From contig CAWANJ010000002.1 of the NCBI GenBank assembly GCA_963783385.1, forward strand, positions 192,001-256,000: 64,000 nt of DNA, written 5' to 3'. The notes under the pieces are model-generated. The model was given only the letters and a program-made list of their open reading frames with translations, did no database searches and was not told where the DNA came from. The position numbers and the translations under genes were made by a program. How positions within the stretch are numbered: the stretch's first letter is position 1; each line of letters begins with the position of its first letter. The stretch comes from an uncultured Gemmatimonadales bacterium. GTDB taxonomy: Bacteria > Gemmatimonadota > Gemmatimonadetes > Palauibacterales > Palauibacteraceae. Below, one piece after another: positions 38,237 through 48,695 of this stretch.

Positions 38237-39262
38237 ATGGCCGACGTGGCACTGAACGATCTCCTGCAGGCGGGGGTGCACTTCGGGCACCAGACCAGCC
38301 GCTGGAACCCGAAGATGCGCAAGTACATCTTCGCCGAGCGGGGCGGAATCTACCTGCTCGATCTCAAGAAGACGCAGGACAAGCTATCCGAGGCCCGCGA
38401 GCTCGTGCGCGGCGTCGTCACGGACGGCGGCTCGGTCCTGTTCGTGTGTACCAAGCCGCAGCTGGCGTCGCTGGTTCGGGAGGAGGCCGAGCGCTGCGGA
38501 GCCTTCTACGTGACCGAGCGCTGGCTCGGGGGAATGCTCACGAACTTCCAGACTATCAAGAAGAACATCCGCCGGCTGAAGGAGCTGGAGCGCGGGGCGG
38601 AGGAAGGCTCCTTCGAGTTCTACACGAAGAAGGAGCAGCTTCTCCTGGACCGGGAGCGCCAGAAGCTCGATCGCTACCTGTCGGGCATCAAGGATATGGG
38701 CCGGCTCCCCGGCGTCGTCTTCGTGGTCGACGCGAAGAAGGAGGAGATCGCGGTCAAGGAGGCCCACCGGCTCGAGATCCCGGTGGTGGCGATCGCGGAC
38801 ACGAACGCCGATCCGGACATGCTCACGGTGCCCATCCCGGGCAACGACGACGCCATCCGGTCCGTGGCCCTGATCACGCGGGCCATCGCCGATTCGGTGG
38901 ACGCCGCCCGGCGGGAGGCCCCGGAGGCGGGGGGCGATCAGGCCGAGGAAGTGTTCACCTACTCCTCCGACGTCGGCGAGACCTCCGAGGCCGAGTCGTC
39001 GCGGCGCCGCAAGCGACCGCGGCGCCGCAAGCCGCGCCCGGAGGTGATCGCCCAGCGCCGCCAGACCAAGGGCGGCGCCACGGACCAGGACGCGGTCGGG
39101 GAGGCCGAGGCTGCGGAGGCCGAGGGAGCCGAGGCCGCGGCGGAGCCGTCGGCGAAGGGAGATCAGCCGAAGAGCGCCGGGGCGGAGCCCGAAGACGAGG
39201 TGCCCGTGTCGGCCGGAGCGGGTGGTGGCGAGGAGGAGGACGAGGAGGGCGAATCCTCCTGA
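38237..39262 (+). CDS. rpsB: 30S ribosomal protein S2 with a long C-terminal extension
   Basis: AGVHFGHQTSRWNPKM, RWLGGMLTN, DTNADP and PGNDDAIRS motifs. Confidence 0.98.
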   Translation: MADVALNDLLQAGVHFGHQTSRWNPKMRKYIFAERGGIYLLDLKKTQDKLSEARELVRGVVTDGGSVLFVCTKPQLASLVREEAERCGAFYVTERWLGGMLTNFQTIKKNIRRLKELERGAEEGSFEFYTKKEQLLLDRERQKLDRYLSGIKDMGRLPGVVFVVDAKKEEIAVKEAHRLEIPVVAIADTNADPDMLTVPIPGNDDAIRSVALITRAIADSVDAARREAPEAGGDQAEEVFTYSSDVGETSEAESSRRRKRPRRRKPRPEVIAQRRQTKGGATDQDAVGEAEAAEAEGAEAAAEPSAKGDQPKSAGAEPEDEVPVSAGAGGGEEEDEEGESS

Positions 39263-39276
39263 CGCCCGCCGGGAAG

Positions 39277-39302
39277 AGGCCACTTCGGTGGCCTTTTTTT
39301 TT
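39277..39302 (+). terminator. Intrinsic terminator after rpsB
   Basis: AGGCCAC-TTCG-GTGGCCT followed by a long T tract. Confidence 0.85.
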
Positions 39303-39428
39303 GGATGGATGGGCGCGGGTGTCGGGCCCGGCCCGTCCGTTGCAGGATGGTTGCGGGATCGCCGACCGACCGGCGGTCGGTCTCGGGTAATCCACGAACG
39401 ACGTGCGACACATAGCGGGAGGCCGAGC

Positions 39429-40286
39429 ATGGCGGAGATCAGCGCGGCGGCGGTGAAGTCGCTCAGGGACAGGACCGGGGCGGGCATGATGGACTGCAAG
39501 CGCGCCCTCGAGGAGGCTGCCGGCGACGAGGAGAAGGCCATCGACCTCCTGCGCCAGCGCGGGGCCGCCAAGGCGGCCAAGCGGGCCGCCCGGGAGACGA
39601 GTGAAGGAGCCGTCGCGATCGAGGGTGACGACGACGGCCCGGTCGCCATGGTCGAGGTGACGTGCGAGACGGACTTCGTGGCCAGGAACGACGAGTTCCT
39701 CGAGTTCGCTGGCCGGGCCGCCCTGATCGCGGCGGACGCCGGGGGGGACGAAGGCGAGGTCCGGGAAGGAGGGGAGCTCCTGGATCTGCCCGAAGCCGAG
39801 GCGCTGCGCACCGAGCTACAGGGCCTGCTCGCCAAGATCGGGGAGAACCTCGATGTCGGCCGCTTCGTCCGCTGGGTGCCGGGTGCCGGGTCCGTGATCG
39901 GCCGCTACATTCACTTCGGCAACAAGATCGGTGTGCTCGTGGAGCTGGCGGGTGGCCACGAACGCACGGCCGCGACCGAGATGGCGCGCGATGTGGCGAT
40001 GCACATCGCGGCCACCGACCCGGCCGGAATCTCCCCCGAGGACATCCCGGAGGAGTCCAGGGAGCGCGAGCGGGCGGTGCTCGGCGAGCAGGCCCGACAG
40101 GAGGGCAAGCCTCCCCAGATCGTGGAGAAGATCGTCGAGGGTCGTATGCGGAAGTTTTACGAGCAGAACGCACTCCTCTACCAGGCGTTCGTCAAGGACT
40201 CCGACACGACGATCGGCGAGCTCCTGGAGAGCGCTCCGGGCTCGCTCGAGGTGCTCCGGTTCGTCCGGTTCGAGGTGGGCGGCTAG
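39429..40286 (+). CDS. tsf: Elongation factor Ts
   Basis: [25 protein letters not shown] and AMHIAA motifs. Confidence 0.97.
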   Translation: MAEISAAAVKSLRDRTGAGMMDCKRALEEAAGDEEKAIDLLRQRGAAKAAKRAARETSEGAVAIEGDDDGPVAMVEVTCETDFVARNDEFLEFAGRAALIAADAGGDEGEVREGGELLDLPEAEALRTELQGLLAKIGENLDVGRFVRWVPGAGSVIGRYIHFGNKIGVLVELAGGHERTAATEMARDVAMHIAATDPAGISPEDIPEESRERERAVLGEQARQEGKPPQIVEKIVEGRMRKFYEQNALLYQAFVKDSDTTIGELLESAPGSLEVLRFVRFEVGG

Positions 40287-40290
40287 CGCG

Positions 40291-41037
40291 GTGGCCGCGC
40301 GAGGGGACGAAGGCGCGAGCGCGCCGCCGGATCTCAAGTATCCCCGTGCCGTGGTGAAGCTCTCCGGGGAGTCCCTGGCGGGTGAGCGCGGCTTCGGCAT
40401 CGAGCCGCCGATCATCGAGGAGCTCACCCTCGAGATCATAGCCGTCCACGAGGCCGGCGTGAGGCTGGGCCTGGTGGTCGGCGGGGGCAACATCGTGCGG
40501 GGCACGGTGGCCAGCGAGCAGGGCATGGATCGCGTCTCGGCCGATTACATGGGCATGCTGGCCACGGTGATCAACGCGCTCGCTCTGCAGGACATGCTGG
40601 AGCGTCACGGGATCGAGACGCGGGTGATGACCGCCATCCGCATGGAAGAGCTGGCGGAGCCGTACATCCGGCGCAGGGCGCTGCGGCACCTGGAGAAGGG
40701 ACGGGTGGTGATCTTCGCCGGGGGCACCGGGAACCCCTACTTTTCGACGGATACGGCCGCGGTCCTGCGCGCCATCGAGATGGAGGCCGACGTAATCCTG
40801 AAGGCCACCAGGGTCGACGGGGTGTACACGGCCGACCCGGAGAAGGACCCGGATGCGGAGTTCATCCCGGAGATCTCGTACCTGGAGGTCATGACCCGGG
40901 AGCTCAAGGTCATGGATGCCGCGGCGATCTCGCTGTGCAAGGAGAACGACCTCCCGGTCATCGTCCTCAACATCCGCCGTCCGGGCTCCATCCTGTCGGC
41001 GCTGCGCGGGAGCCGGGTCGGCACCATGGTCGCCTGA
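40291..41037 (+). CDS. pyrH: UMP kinase
   Basis: [29 protein letters not shown] and [11 protein letters not shown] motifs. Confidence 0.97.
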   Translation: MAARGDEGASAPPDLKYPRAVVKLSGESLAGERGFGIEPPIIEELTLEIIAVHEAGVRLGLVVGGGNIVRGTVASEQGMDRVSADYMGMLATVINALALQDMLERHGIETRVMTAIRMEELAEPYIRRRALRHLEKGRVVIFAGGTGNPYFSTDTAAVLRAIEMEADVILKATRVDGVYTADPEKDPDAEFIPEISYLEVMTRELKVMDAAAISLCKENDLPVIVLNIRRPGSILSALRGSRVGTMVA

Positions 41038-41079
41038 GGCAGGGAGGCGCGCGGGGCGCCGCAACACCAGGAGGGCTGC

Positions 41080-41637
41080 ATGCCGAAGAAGAGGCTCGAG
41101 GAGTCGCGGGAAGCCATGGACCGGGCGGTCGACGCCGTGCGACGGGAGTTCAACACGGTGCGGACCGGCAAGGCCACGCCGACGCTGCTGGACACGGTGC
41201 GGGTGGACGCCTACGGCTCCACCATGGCCCTCAACCAGGTGGCCAACGTGAGCGCCCCCGAGCCGGGTCTCCTCCTCATCCAGCCCTACGACCGCAACAT
41301 CTCGGCGGAGATCGCTCAGGGCATCCAGAAGGCTGATCTCGGCTTCAATCCCTCCGTCGACGGTGCCGTGATCCGCGTCCCGGTGCCGCCGCTCAGCGAG
41401 GAGCGCCGCAAGGAGATGGTCAAGCTCCTGCACCGGATGGCCGAGGAGGGCCGCATCTCCGTTCGGCACGTTCGGCAGGAGACCAAGAACGAGCTGCAGC
41501 GCATGCAGAAGGACGGCGAGGCGGGCGAGGACGAGATCCATCGACGTCTGGAGGATCTGCAGGGCATCACCGACGAGCACGTCGCCGTGATCGACGAGCT
41601 GCTGAAGAAGAAGGAAGCCGAGGTCATGGAGGTCTGA
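41080..41637 (+). CDS. frr: Ribosome recycling factor
   Basis: VRTGKATP, VDAYG and PPLSEERRKE motifs. Confidence 0.97.
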   Translation: MPKKRLEESREAMDRAVDAVRREFNTVRTGKATPTLLDTVRVDAYGSTMALNQVANVSAPEPGLLLIQPYDRNISAEIAQGIQKADLGFNPSVDGAVIRVPVPPLSEERRKEMVKLLHRMAEEGRISVRHVRQETKNELQRMQKDGEAGEDEIHRRLEDLQGITDEHVAVIDELLKKKEAEVMEV

Positions 41638-41640
41638 GGC

Positions 41641-42135
41641 GTGAACGAGCCAGACGCAGCGGAGAGGACCGACGGGGAGTCGGTTACAGCCCCGAACCGG
41701 CTCGAGGAGGCCGCCGGCGAGGAGCGCGCGTCGCGTCGTTGGAAGGAGACGTACGGGCGCGGAGGCGCCGCGCCGTTCGGGTCCGGTGGCTGGCGGCGCA
41801 CCATGGGCCGCCCGGGCGTCGTGCCGGGGAAGGGCGGCGACTGGCGCGTGGCGCTCCAGGCCTACGTGACCGGGCACGACCTCGGCCGGGATTCGGAGCG
41901 CAAGCTGTCGGACGGGATCCGGGTCACCGGTCGGATCGACCGCGCGGAGCGGGGCCGGGAGGTCGAAGCGGGCGGCGCCGAGTCCGGGGCCTCGGCGGAG
42001 GCGCGCCCCGGGACCCGCCGGATTCCGGTGCCGGAGCGGCTCGACTTCCACAGGAGCGCCGGGACCTGGAGGCGGCACCTCCCGCTCGGGAGGCGTGGCG
42101 GCCGGGACGCCCGGGACGACGACACGGCCCGGTAG
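41641..42135 (+). CDS. Hypothetical protein (orphan-like, R/G-rich)
   Basis: Fills the frr-tilS gap, starting 3 nt after the frr stop; no recognisable motif. Confidence 0.45.
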   Translation: MNEPDAAERTDGESVTAPNRLEEAAGEERASRRWKETYGRGGAAPFGSGGWRRTMGRPGVVPGKGGDWRVALQAYVTGHDLGRDSERKLSDGIRVTGRIDRAERGREVEAGGAESGASAEARPGTRRIPVPERLDFHRSAGTWRRHLPLGRRGGRDARDDDTAR

Positions 42136-43513
42136 TCCGCCCGGAGACCTCCCGGGGCGTTTCGCGCGCCACCTGGAGCGCCGACCCGGCCTCCTCCCGC
42201 GTGGTTCGCGGGTCCTGGTGGCCGTCTCCGGGGGGCCGGACTCGATGGCCCTCCTCCACCTGCTGCTCGGCGTGGTGGACTCCCTGGACCTGCGGCTGGT
42301 GGCCGCCCACTTCGATCACGGCCTCCGGGCCGCGAGCGCCGCGGAAGCCGAGCGTGTCCGGGATTGGGTCGTCGCCGCGGGAGTCGGGTGCCGCTCGGGT
42401 CGGCCGGCCGAGCCCCTGCCACCCCGCCAGGAGGACCTCAGGCGCGCCCGCTACGCCTTCCTCCGCCGGATCGCGCGGGAGGAGGACGCTTCGCGCATCG
42501 CGACCGGCCACCAGGCCGACGACCAGGCCGAGACCATCCTGTTCAGGATCCTGCGGGGTACGGGGATCCGCGGACTGGGAGGCATCCCGGCGCGACGGGG
42601 AGTCATCGTCCGGCCGCTCCTGCCGTTCCGACGCCGCTCGCTGGAGGCGTACCTGCGCGAGCGACGGATTGCCTACGTGGTCGATCCCTCCAACCTCGAT
42701 CCCCGCTGGGACCGGGCCCGGCTCCGGACTCGCGTGCTCCCGGCCCTGGAGGCGAGCTGGGAGGGGCCGGTGCGCGAGCGGCTCCTGGAGCTGGGGCGCG
42801 CGGCGCGCCGGGCGGATCGGGCGCTCGAGGCCCGGGCGCGATCCGTGCTGGAGAGATGTCGGCTGGAGCGCGCAGCGCCCGACCGCTGGCAGGCGGGGGC
42901 CGAGGCGCTCGACCTGGACCGGCTTCGCGGCCTCGACCGGGAAGGGCTCGCCCGCGTCGTCCGCCGGGTGGCGCGGAAGGCCGGCGTTCGCCTCACGAAG
43001 GGCGGAACCCGGGCGGCGATGGAGTTTATCAGCGGAGGCCGGAGCGGGGGCCGCGTGGACCTGGGCGGCGGCTTGGTCGCCGCGCGGGAGTTCCGGGTCG
43101 TGTGGATCGGCCGACCGGGCCGGGCCGGGCCGGACACCACGCTGACGATCGACGGTCCCGAGCCCGGCCGCGGACGGGTTTCCCTGGGGGGACGGCCCGT
43201 CGTCGTGGCCTGGGAGCCCGGCCCCGAGCCGACCGCCCTCCGCGCACCGGTCGAGCTCGCGCTGGAGCGCATCGCCTTCCCGCTCGTCGTCCGGGGCTGG
43301 CGTGCGGGAGACCGCATTCGGATGGATGCGGGGACCCGCAAGCTCAAGAAGCTGTTCGGCGAGCGCAGGGTCCCGAGGAGCGCCCGCCGGCAGGTGCCGG
43401 TGGTGGTGTCGGCGGACGGCCGAGTGGTGGCCGTCGGCGGGCTGGCGGTGGACCCCGGGCTGCGGCCCGATGCCGCGGAGGAGCGGTTGATGCTTAGGAT
43501 CGAGGATGCCTGA
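42095..43513 (+). CDS. tilS: tRNA(Ile)-lysidine synthetase
   Basis: VAVSGGPDSMAL, HFDHGLR, ATGHQADDQAET, RPLL and DPSN motifs. Confidence 0.95.
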   Translation: MAAGTPGTTTRPGSPPGDLPGRFARHLERRPGLLPRGSRVLVAVSGGPDSMALLHLLLGVVDSLDLRLVAAHFDHGLRAASAAEAERVRDWVVAAGVGCRSGRPAEPLPPRQEDLRRARYAFLRRIAREEDASRIATGHQADDQAETILFRILRGTGIRGLGGIPARRGVIVRPLLPFRRRSLEAYLRERRIAYVVDPSNLDPRWDRARLRTRVLPALEASWEGPVRERLLELGRAARRADRALEARARSVLERCRLERAAPDRWQAGAEALDLDRLRGLDREGLARVVRRVARKAGVRLTKGGTRAAMEFISGGRSGGRVDLGGGLVAAREFRVVWIGRPGRAGPDTTLTIDGPEPGRGRVSLGGRPVVVAWEPGPEPTALRAPVELALERIAFPLVVRGWRAGDRIRMDAGTRKLKKLFGERRVPRSARRQVPVVVSADGRVVAVGGLAVDPGLRPDAAEERLMLRIEDA

Positions 43514-44072
43514 CGCGGCGTCCGTGATGGGCGCGGAGCTCTCCCGGGCCGGGGGACGCCGTCCCTGGCGTGTGGTCTACGAGGCCGGACGGCTCTCGGG
43601 CCGGGTGCGGACCCTGGGGGCCGAGATCACGTCGGCGTATCCGGAGGGCACGAGCCTGCTGATGCTGGGCTTGCTCAAGGGGTCCTTCATCTTCATGGCC
43701 GATCTTGTGCGTTGCATCGGTCTTCCCGTACACGTCGATTTTCTGGTGGTGTCGAGTTACGGGGATGGGAACACGTCGTCGGGCAGGGTCGACACCCTGT
43801 ACGAGGCGAACACATCGATCGAAGGTCGTCACGTGGTGCTGGTCGAGGATATCGTGGACAGCGGACATACGATCAACGAGCTTGTTCCCTCGCTTCGGGC
43901 GCGCGAGCCCGCCTCGCTGGAGGTGTGCGCGCTCCTGCACAAGCGCAAGGCCGAGGGCCTGGCTCTCGAGCCACGCTGGGTCGGCTTCGAGGCGCCCGAC
44001 GAGTTCCTGGTCGGCTACGGCCTGGACCACGCCGAGGACTTTCGCCACCTCCCGTTCATCGCGAGCCTCTGA
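43506..44072 (+). CDS. hpt: Hypoxanthine phosphoribosyltransferase
   Basis: LKGSFIFMADL, VEDIVDSG and FLVGYGLD motifs; tilS-hpt-ftsH synteny. Confidence 0.93.
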   Translation: MPDAASVMGAELSRAGGRRPWRVVYEAGRLSGRVRTLGAEITSAYPEGTSLLMLGLLKGSFIFMADLVRCIGLPVHVDFLVVSSYGDGNTSSGRVDTLYEANTSIEGRHVVLVEDIVDSGHTINELVPSLRAREPASLEVCALLHKRKAEGLALEPRWVGFEAPDEFLVGYGLDHAEDFRHLPFIASL

Positions 44073-44081
44073 GGCCTTCGC

Positions 44082-46103
44082 ATGCCTGCATCGAGTCCGG
44101 GACCGGAGCGAGGGGGCGGAAACCGCAACAGCGGGAAGGCCAGCCGTTTCTTCCGCGCGGCTTCCTTCTGGGTGCTCATCCTCCTCGTGCCCCTGTTCAT
44201 CTACCAGCTCATGCAGGGGAACAAGACATCGCGCCAGGACCTGACCTACACGGAGTTCCAGTCCCAGCTCAAGGCCGACAACGTCCAGTCCGTCACGATC
44301 CGCAACGGCCACGAGGTCCAGGGTGCGCTGAAGAACGCCATCCAGCGCGATGGCGCGCAGGTCAAGCAGTTTCACACCCTGCTTCCGTTCGAGTCCAGCA
44401 TGGAGTTCGTGGCCCAGCTCCAGAAGGCCGGGGTGGACATCAGCCGGCAGGAGGCGGGGAGCAACTGGATGAACATCCTCGTCTCCGTGCTCCCGTGGGT
44501 CCTGATCATCGGCCTGTGGTTCTTCCTGTTCCGCCAGATGCAGGGCGGGAGCTCGCGCGCGTTCAGCTTCGGGAAGTCCAAGGCCAAGCTGCTGACCGGG
44601 GACACGCCCAAGGTCACCTTCGCCGACGTGGCCGGGTGCGACGAGGCCAAGGAGGAGCTCGAGGAGATCATCGAGTTCCTCAAGGACCCCGACCGGTTCA
44701 GCCGGTTGGGCGGGCGTCTGCCCAAGGGAGCCCTCCTGGTGGGGCCGCCGGGCACGGGCAAGACGCTCCTGGCACGGGCCGTGGCCGGGGAGGCCGGCCG
44801 TCCCTTCTTCTCGATGTCGGGCTCGGATTTCGTCGAGATGTTCGTGGGGGTGGGCGCCTCGAGGGTCCGTGACCTGTTCGAGCAGGGCAAGGCCCACGCT
44901 CCGTGTATCATCTTCATCGACGAGATCGACGCCGTGGGCCGGCACCGGGGTGCCGGGCTCGGGGGCGGCCACGACGAGCGCGAGCAGACCCTCAACCAGC
45001 TCCTCGTCGAGATGGATGGCTTCGAGGCCAACACGGGCGTCATCCTCCTGGCGGCCACGAACCGGCCCGACGTGCTCGACCCGGCGCTCCTGCGCCCGGG
45101 CCGCTTCGATCGTCAGATCGTCGTCGACAGCCCCGACGTGAAGGGCCGCGAGGGGATCCTGCGGGTGCACACGCGCAAGATCCCGCTCGCCGACGACGTG
45201 GACCTGGCCACCCTGGCCAAGGGGACCCCGGGGCTCTCGGGCGCGGAGCTCGAGAACATCGTCAACGAGGCCGCACTCCTGGCCGCCCGCAAGGGCAAGA
45301 ACCGGGTGTTCATGGACGACCTCGAGGCGGCCAAGGACAAGGTCATGCTCGGCGCCGAGCGCAAGAGCATGGTGATCTCGGACGAGGAGCGCCGGGTCAC
45401 GGCCTACCACGAGGCGGGGCACGCGGTGATCGCGCTGCGGGCTCCCGGGCTGGATCCCCTCCACAAGGTCACCATCGTGCCGCGCGGGCGAGCCCTCGGG
45501 ATCACGGCGTCGATCCCCGAGGAGGACCGGCACAACTACACGAGGTCCTGGCTCGAGGGTCGGCTCAAGATGCTGTTCGGCGGCCGCGTGGCCGAGGAGA
45601 TGATCTTCGGGGCGGAGAAGATCACCACCGGGGCCGGAAACGACATCGAGCGCGCCACCGAGATGGCCCGACGGATGGTGACCCAGTTCGGGATGTCCGA
45701 CGCGATCGGGCCCATGTCGGTCGGAGACCCGGACCACGAGATCTTCCTGGGCCGGGACCTCAGCCAGCGCCGGTCCGTGAGCGAGAAGACCGCGCAGCTG
45801 GTCGACTCCGAGATCAAGCGGATCCTGGACGCGGCGTACCGGTCCGCCCGGAAGGTCCTCGAGGAGTACCGGGACCTGCTGGAGCGCATCGCACAGGCGC
45901 TCCTGGAGCGGGAGACGCTCGACGCCGGCGAGATCGGGGCACTCGAGGCCGGACAGCCGCTGCCGCCGCTCCCGGCGACCGACTCGGCGGAGGCCGCCGG
46001 CACGGCCGGGCAGGAGGCCGCGGCCCGTCAGCGCCGGGCCAGCGACAAGGGCCGAACGGTAGAGGGGACCGGGGGGGGCGAGCCGTCGCCCGTCCCGGCT
46101 TGA
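44082..46103 (+). CDS. ftsH: ATP-dependent zinc metalloprotease FtsH
   Basis: Two TM segments, [20 protein letters not shown] and HEAGH. Confidence 0.98.
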   Translation: MPASSPGPERGGGNRNSGKASRFFRAASFWVLILLVPLFIYQLMQGNKTSRQDLTYTEFQSQLKADNVQSVTIRNGHEVQGALKNAIQRDGAQVKQFHTLLPFESSMEFVAQLQKAGVDISRQEAGSNWMNILVSVLPWVLIIGLWFFLFRQMQGGSSRAFSFGKSKAKLLTGDTPKVTFADVAGCDEAKEELEEIIEFLKDPDRFSRLGGRLPKGALLVGPPGTGKTLLARAVAGEAGRPFFSMSGSDFVEMFVGVGASRVRDLFEQGKAHAPCIIFIDEIDAVGRHRGAGLGGGHDEREQTLNQLLVEMDGFEANTGVILLAATNRPDVLDPALLRPGRFDRQIVVDSPDVKGREGILRVHTRKIPLADDVDLATLAKGTPGLSGAELENIVNEAALLAARKGKNRVFMDDLEAAKDKVMLGAERKSMVISDEERRVTAYHEAGHAVIALRAPGLDPLHKVTIVPRGRALGITASIPEEDRHNYTRSWLEGRLKMLFGGRVAEEMIFGAEKITTGAGNDIERATEMARRMVTQFGMSDAIGPMSVGDPDHEIFLGRDLSQRRSVSEKTAQLVDSEIKRILDAAYRSARKVLEEYRDLLERIAQALLERETLDAGEIGALEAGQPLPPLPATDSAEAAGTAGQEAAARQRRASDKGRTVEGTGGGEPSPVPA

Positions 46104-46120
46104 CGGCCGGAAGGAGCCCG

Positions 46121-47008
46121 GTGTCGCCCTCGGGCTGGCGGATCCGCACCGGAATCCTGCCGCTGGATCGACCGCTCATCCTGGGCGTGCTCAACGTCAC
46201 GCCCGACTCCTTCTCGGATGGGGGGCGGCATCTGGAGCCGGGCGCCGCGCTCGACCATGCGTGGCGCCTGGTGGAAGAGGGAGCCGACCTCATCGATGTG
46301 GGCGGGGAGTCGTCGCGGCCGGGCGCGGCCCCCGTCACCGCCCGCGAGGAGTGGCACCGGATCGGTCCCGTGGTGGAGAGGGCGTCGGAGTTGCCGGTGC
46401 CCCTGTCGATCGACACGACGAAGCGCGAGGTGGCTGCCCTGGCGCTCGAGGCGGGCGCGGCGGTGCTCAACGACATCTCCGCCCTCCGATTCGATCCCCG
46501 TCTCGCCGATCTTGCCGCCGCTTCGGGCGCGGGGCTCATCCTCATGCACATGCGTGGCGAGCCGCGGACGATGCAGGAGGATGTCGCGTACCACGACCTC
46601 ATGGGAGAGGTGAAGGCCGATCTGGCCGCCGCCGTCGCGACGGCGACCGCGCGAGGCTGCGGCCGGGACCAGCTCGTCGTCGACCCCGGCATCGGCTTCG
46701 GCAAGTCGCCGCGGGGCAACGCGGAGCTCCTCGCCCGCCTTCCCGAGCTGGCCGGGCTCGGGTTGCCGGTGCTCGTGGGACCGTCCCGGAAGTCGTTCAT
46801 CGGCCAGCTCCTGGGCGTGCCCGTGGAGCAGCGGCTCGAGGGCACGCTCGCCGCCTGCGTGGCGGCTCTGGACCGGGGGGCGCGGCTGTTCCGCGTCCAC
46901 GACGTGGCGCCGGCGCGCAGGGCCCTGGACCTCGCGGACGCCGTGCGGCGGGAGGGGGCCGGACGACCGTCAGCCGCCTCCGCGCCCGTGGGAACCGGAC
47001 AGGGCTGA
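46121..47008 (+). CDS. folP: Dihydropteroate synthase
   Basis: LNVTPDSFSDGG, DVGGESSRPG, DPGIGFGK, SRKSF and RVHDV motifs. Confidence 0.96.
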   Translation: MSPSGWRIRTGILPLDRPLILGVLNVTPDSFSDGGRHLEPGAALDHAWRLVEEGADLIDVGGESSRPGAAPVTAREEWHRIGPVVERASELPVPLSIDTTKREVAALALEAGAAVLNDISALRFDPRLADLAAASGAGLILMHMRGEPRTMQEDVAYHDLMGEVKADLAAAVATATARGCGRDQLVVDPGIGFGKSPRGNAELLARLPELAGLGLPVLVGPSRKSFIGQLLGVPVEQRLEGTLAACVAALDRGARLFRVHDVAPARRALDLADAVRREGAGRPSAASAPVGTGQG

Positions 47009-47014
47009 GCCGCC

Positions 47015-47878
47015 ATGCAGACTCTCCTCGACTACGTCCGCTACCTGCAGATCGGCCCGAAGGACGTCATCGAGGTCCTCCTGGTCGGCTACGTCTTCTA
47101 CCGCATCCTCCTGCTGTGGACCGGGACGAGGGCACTCCAGATCCTGTTCGGCCTCGTGCTGCTCGTCGCGGTGCACGCCGTGGCCCGCCTCCTCGACCTC
47201 AGCCTCATCAGCTACCTTCTCTCGCAGGCGTTCACCTACGGGGCGTTCGCCCTGATCGTGGTGTTCCAGCCGGAGCTTCGGAACGCGCTCGCCCAGCTCG
47301 GACGGAACCGTGTGTGGCGCCTCTTCGCCCGCATGGAGGAGAGCGAGGTGGCCGGTGCGATCGCCGAGGCGGCGGGACGGCTGGCGCGTGCCAGGATCGG
47401 GGGGCTCATCGCCATCGAGCAGGAAGTGGGGCTGGGGGAGTACGCCGACACCGGCACCCGGGTCGGGGCCGAAGTCTCGGCGGAGCTCCTGACCACGATC
47501 TTCACCCCCTACTCGCCCCTGCACGACGGAGCGGTCATCGTGCGCGGCGACCAGATCATGGCCGCCGGCTGCATCCTGCCGCTCACCCAGTTCCCCGTGG
47601 AGGACCGTTCCCTGGGCACGCGCCACCGCGCCGCCCTGGGGCTGTCGGAAGAGACCGACGCGTATGTGGTGGTGATCTCGGAGGAGACCAGCCAGATCTC
47701 CCTGGCCCACCGCGGACAGTTGACCCGCGACCTCAGTCCCGAGGCGCTGCGGAGTCGACTGGCATCGGGCGAACCGGGAAGCCTTCCGTCGAGCCCGGAC
47801 CCCCGTGCCGGGGACAGCTCCGCGGCCGAAGGGGATGCGTCCGGGGAGCCGCTGCCCGTGCCGGCCGGCGAGAATTGA
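47015..47878 (+). CDS. cdaA: Membrane diadenylate cyclase CdaA
   Basis: Three N-terminal TM segments, VFQPELR, HDGAV, GTRHRAALG and SEET motifs. Confidence 0.93.
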   Translation: MQTLLDYVRYLQIGPKDVIEVLLVGYVFYRILLLWTGTRALQILFGLVLLVAVHAVARLLDLSLISYLLSQAFTYGAFALIVVFQPELRNALAQLGRNRVWRLFARMEESEVAGAIAEAAGRLARARIGGLIAIEQEVGLGEYADTGTRVGAEVSAELLTTIFTPYSPLHDGAVIVRGDQIMAAGCILPLTQFPVEDRSLGTRHRAALGLSEETDAYVVVISEETSQISLAHRGQLTRDLSPEALRSRLASGEPGSLPSSPDPRAGDSSAAEGDASGEPLPVPAGEN

Positions 47879-47895
47879 TATTCTCGGGATGTTCG

Positions 47896-47924
47896 TTGAC
47901 GAGGCCTTAGACGGCCCGTAGAAT
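47896..47924 (+). promoter_or_regulatory. Sigma70 promoter of exbB-exbD-exbD-tonB
   Basis: TTGACG-N17-TAGAAT. Confidence 0.75.
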
Positions 47925-47987
47925 GAGGCGGCTCGGACGGGGCCCGAGCCGGAAGTGTCGTGCGCTCACCCAGGACGGGAGGCGGCA

Positions 47988-48662
47988 TTGCAGCCAGGTG
48001 GACCAACCTTCAAGCTGCTCACGCTGTTCAAGGACGGGGGCTTCATGATGTATCCCCTCATCCTCTGCTCACTCGTGGCCCTCGGCGTCATCATCGCCAA
48101 GGCGTGGACCCTGTGGGTGGCGCACCGGGAGTCCCGGAAGCTGCTGACCGAGATCGAGGAGCTGGGCGTGGCGGGTCGCCTGGACGCCGCGATCGAGAAG
48201 GCGGCCGAGACGCCCGGACCCGTGGCGGCGATCCTCCTGGCCGGCCTGCGCCGGGTCCGCGAGGAGCATACGGAGGCCGACGTCGAAGCGGCCATCAGCA
48301 CCACCGGCAACACCGAGGTGGACTTCCTGGAGCGCGGTCTCGTCGTGCTGGCTACGATCGCGAACGTGGCCCCGATGCTCGGGTTCCTCGGGACCGTGAT
48401 CGGGATGATCCTGGCCTTCGCGGCCATCGAGCAGGCCGGGCAGGTGGAGCCGACGCTGGTGGCCGGGGGTATCAAGGTCGCACTGATCACGACCGCGGCC
48501 GGGTTGACGATCGCAATCCCCGTGAACGTGGCGTACAACTTCTTCGTGACGCGGATCGACAAGCTGATCGCCGACATGGAGGAGGGCTCCCAGACGGTGC
48601 TCGACCTCATTTGGAAGATCGAGACGGGTCAGGGCCGGGGCACCGCCAGCCCCCGCGGCTGA
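47988..48662 (+). CDS. exbB: MotA/TolQ/ExbB proton channel protein
   Basis: GGFMMYPL, APMLGFLGTVIGMI and GGIKVALITTAAGL motifs; TTG start after GGAGG. Confidence 0.9.
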   Translation: MQPGGPTFKLLTLFKDGGFMMYPLILCSLVALGVIIAKAWTLWVAHRESRKLLTEIEELGVAGRLDAAIEKAAETPGPVAAILLAGLRRVREEHTEADVEAAISTTGNTEVDFLERGLVVLATIANVAPMLGFLGTVIGMILAFAAIEQAGQVEPTLVAGGIKVALITTAAGLTIAIPVNVAYNFFVTRIDKLIADMEEGSQTVLDLIWKIETGQGRGTASPRG

Positions 48663-48695
48663 TCCACTCGCAGACGACGCCGACCGGAGAGGACC

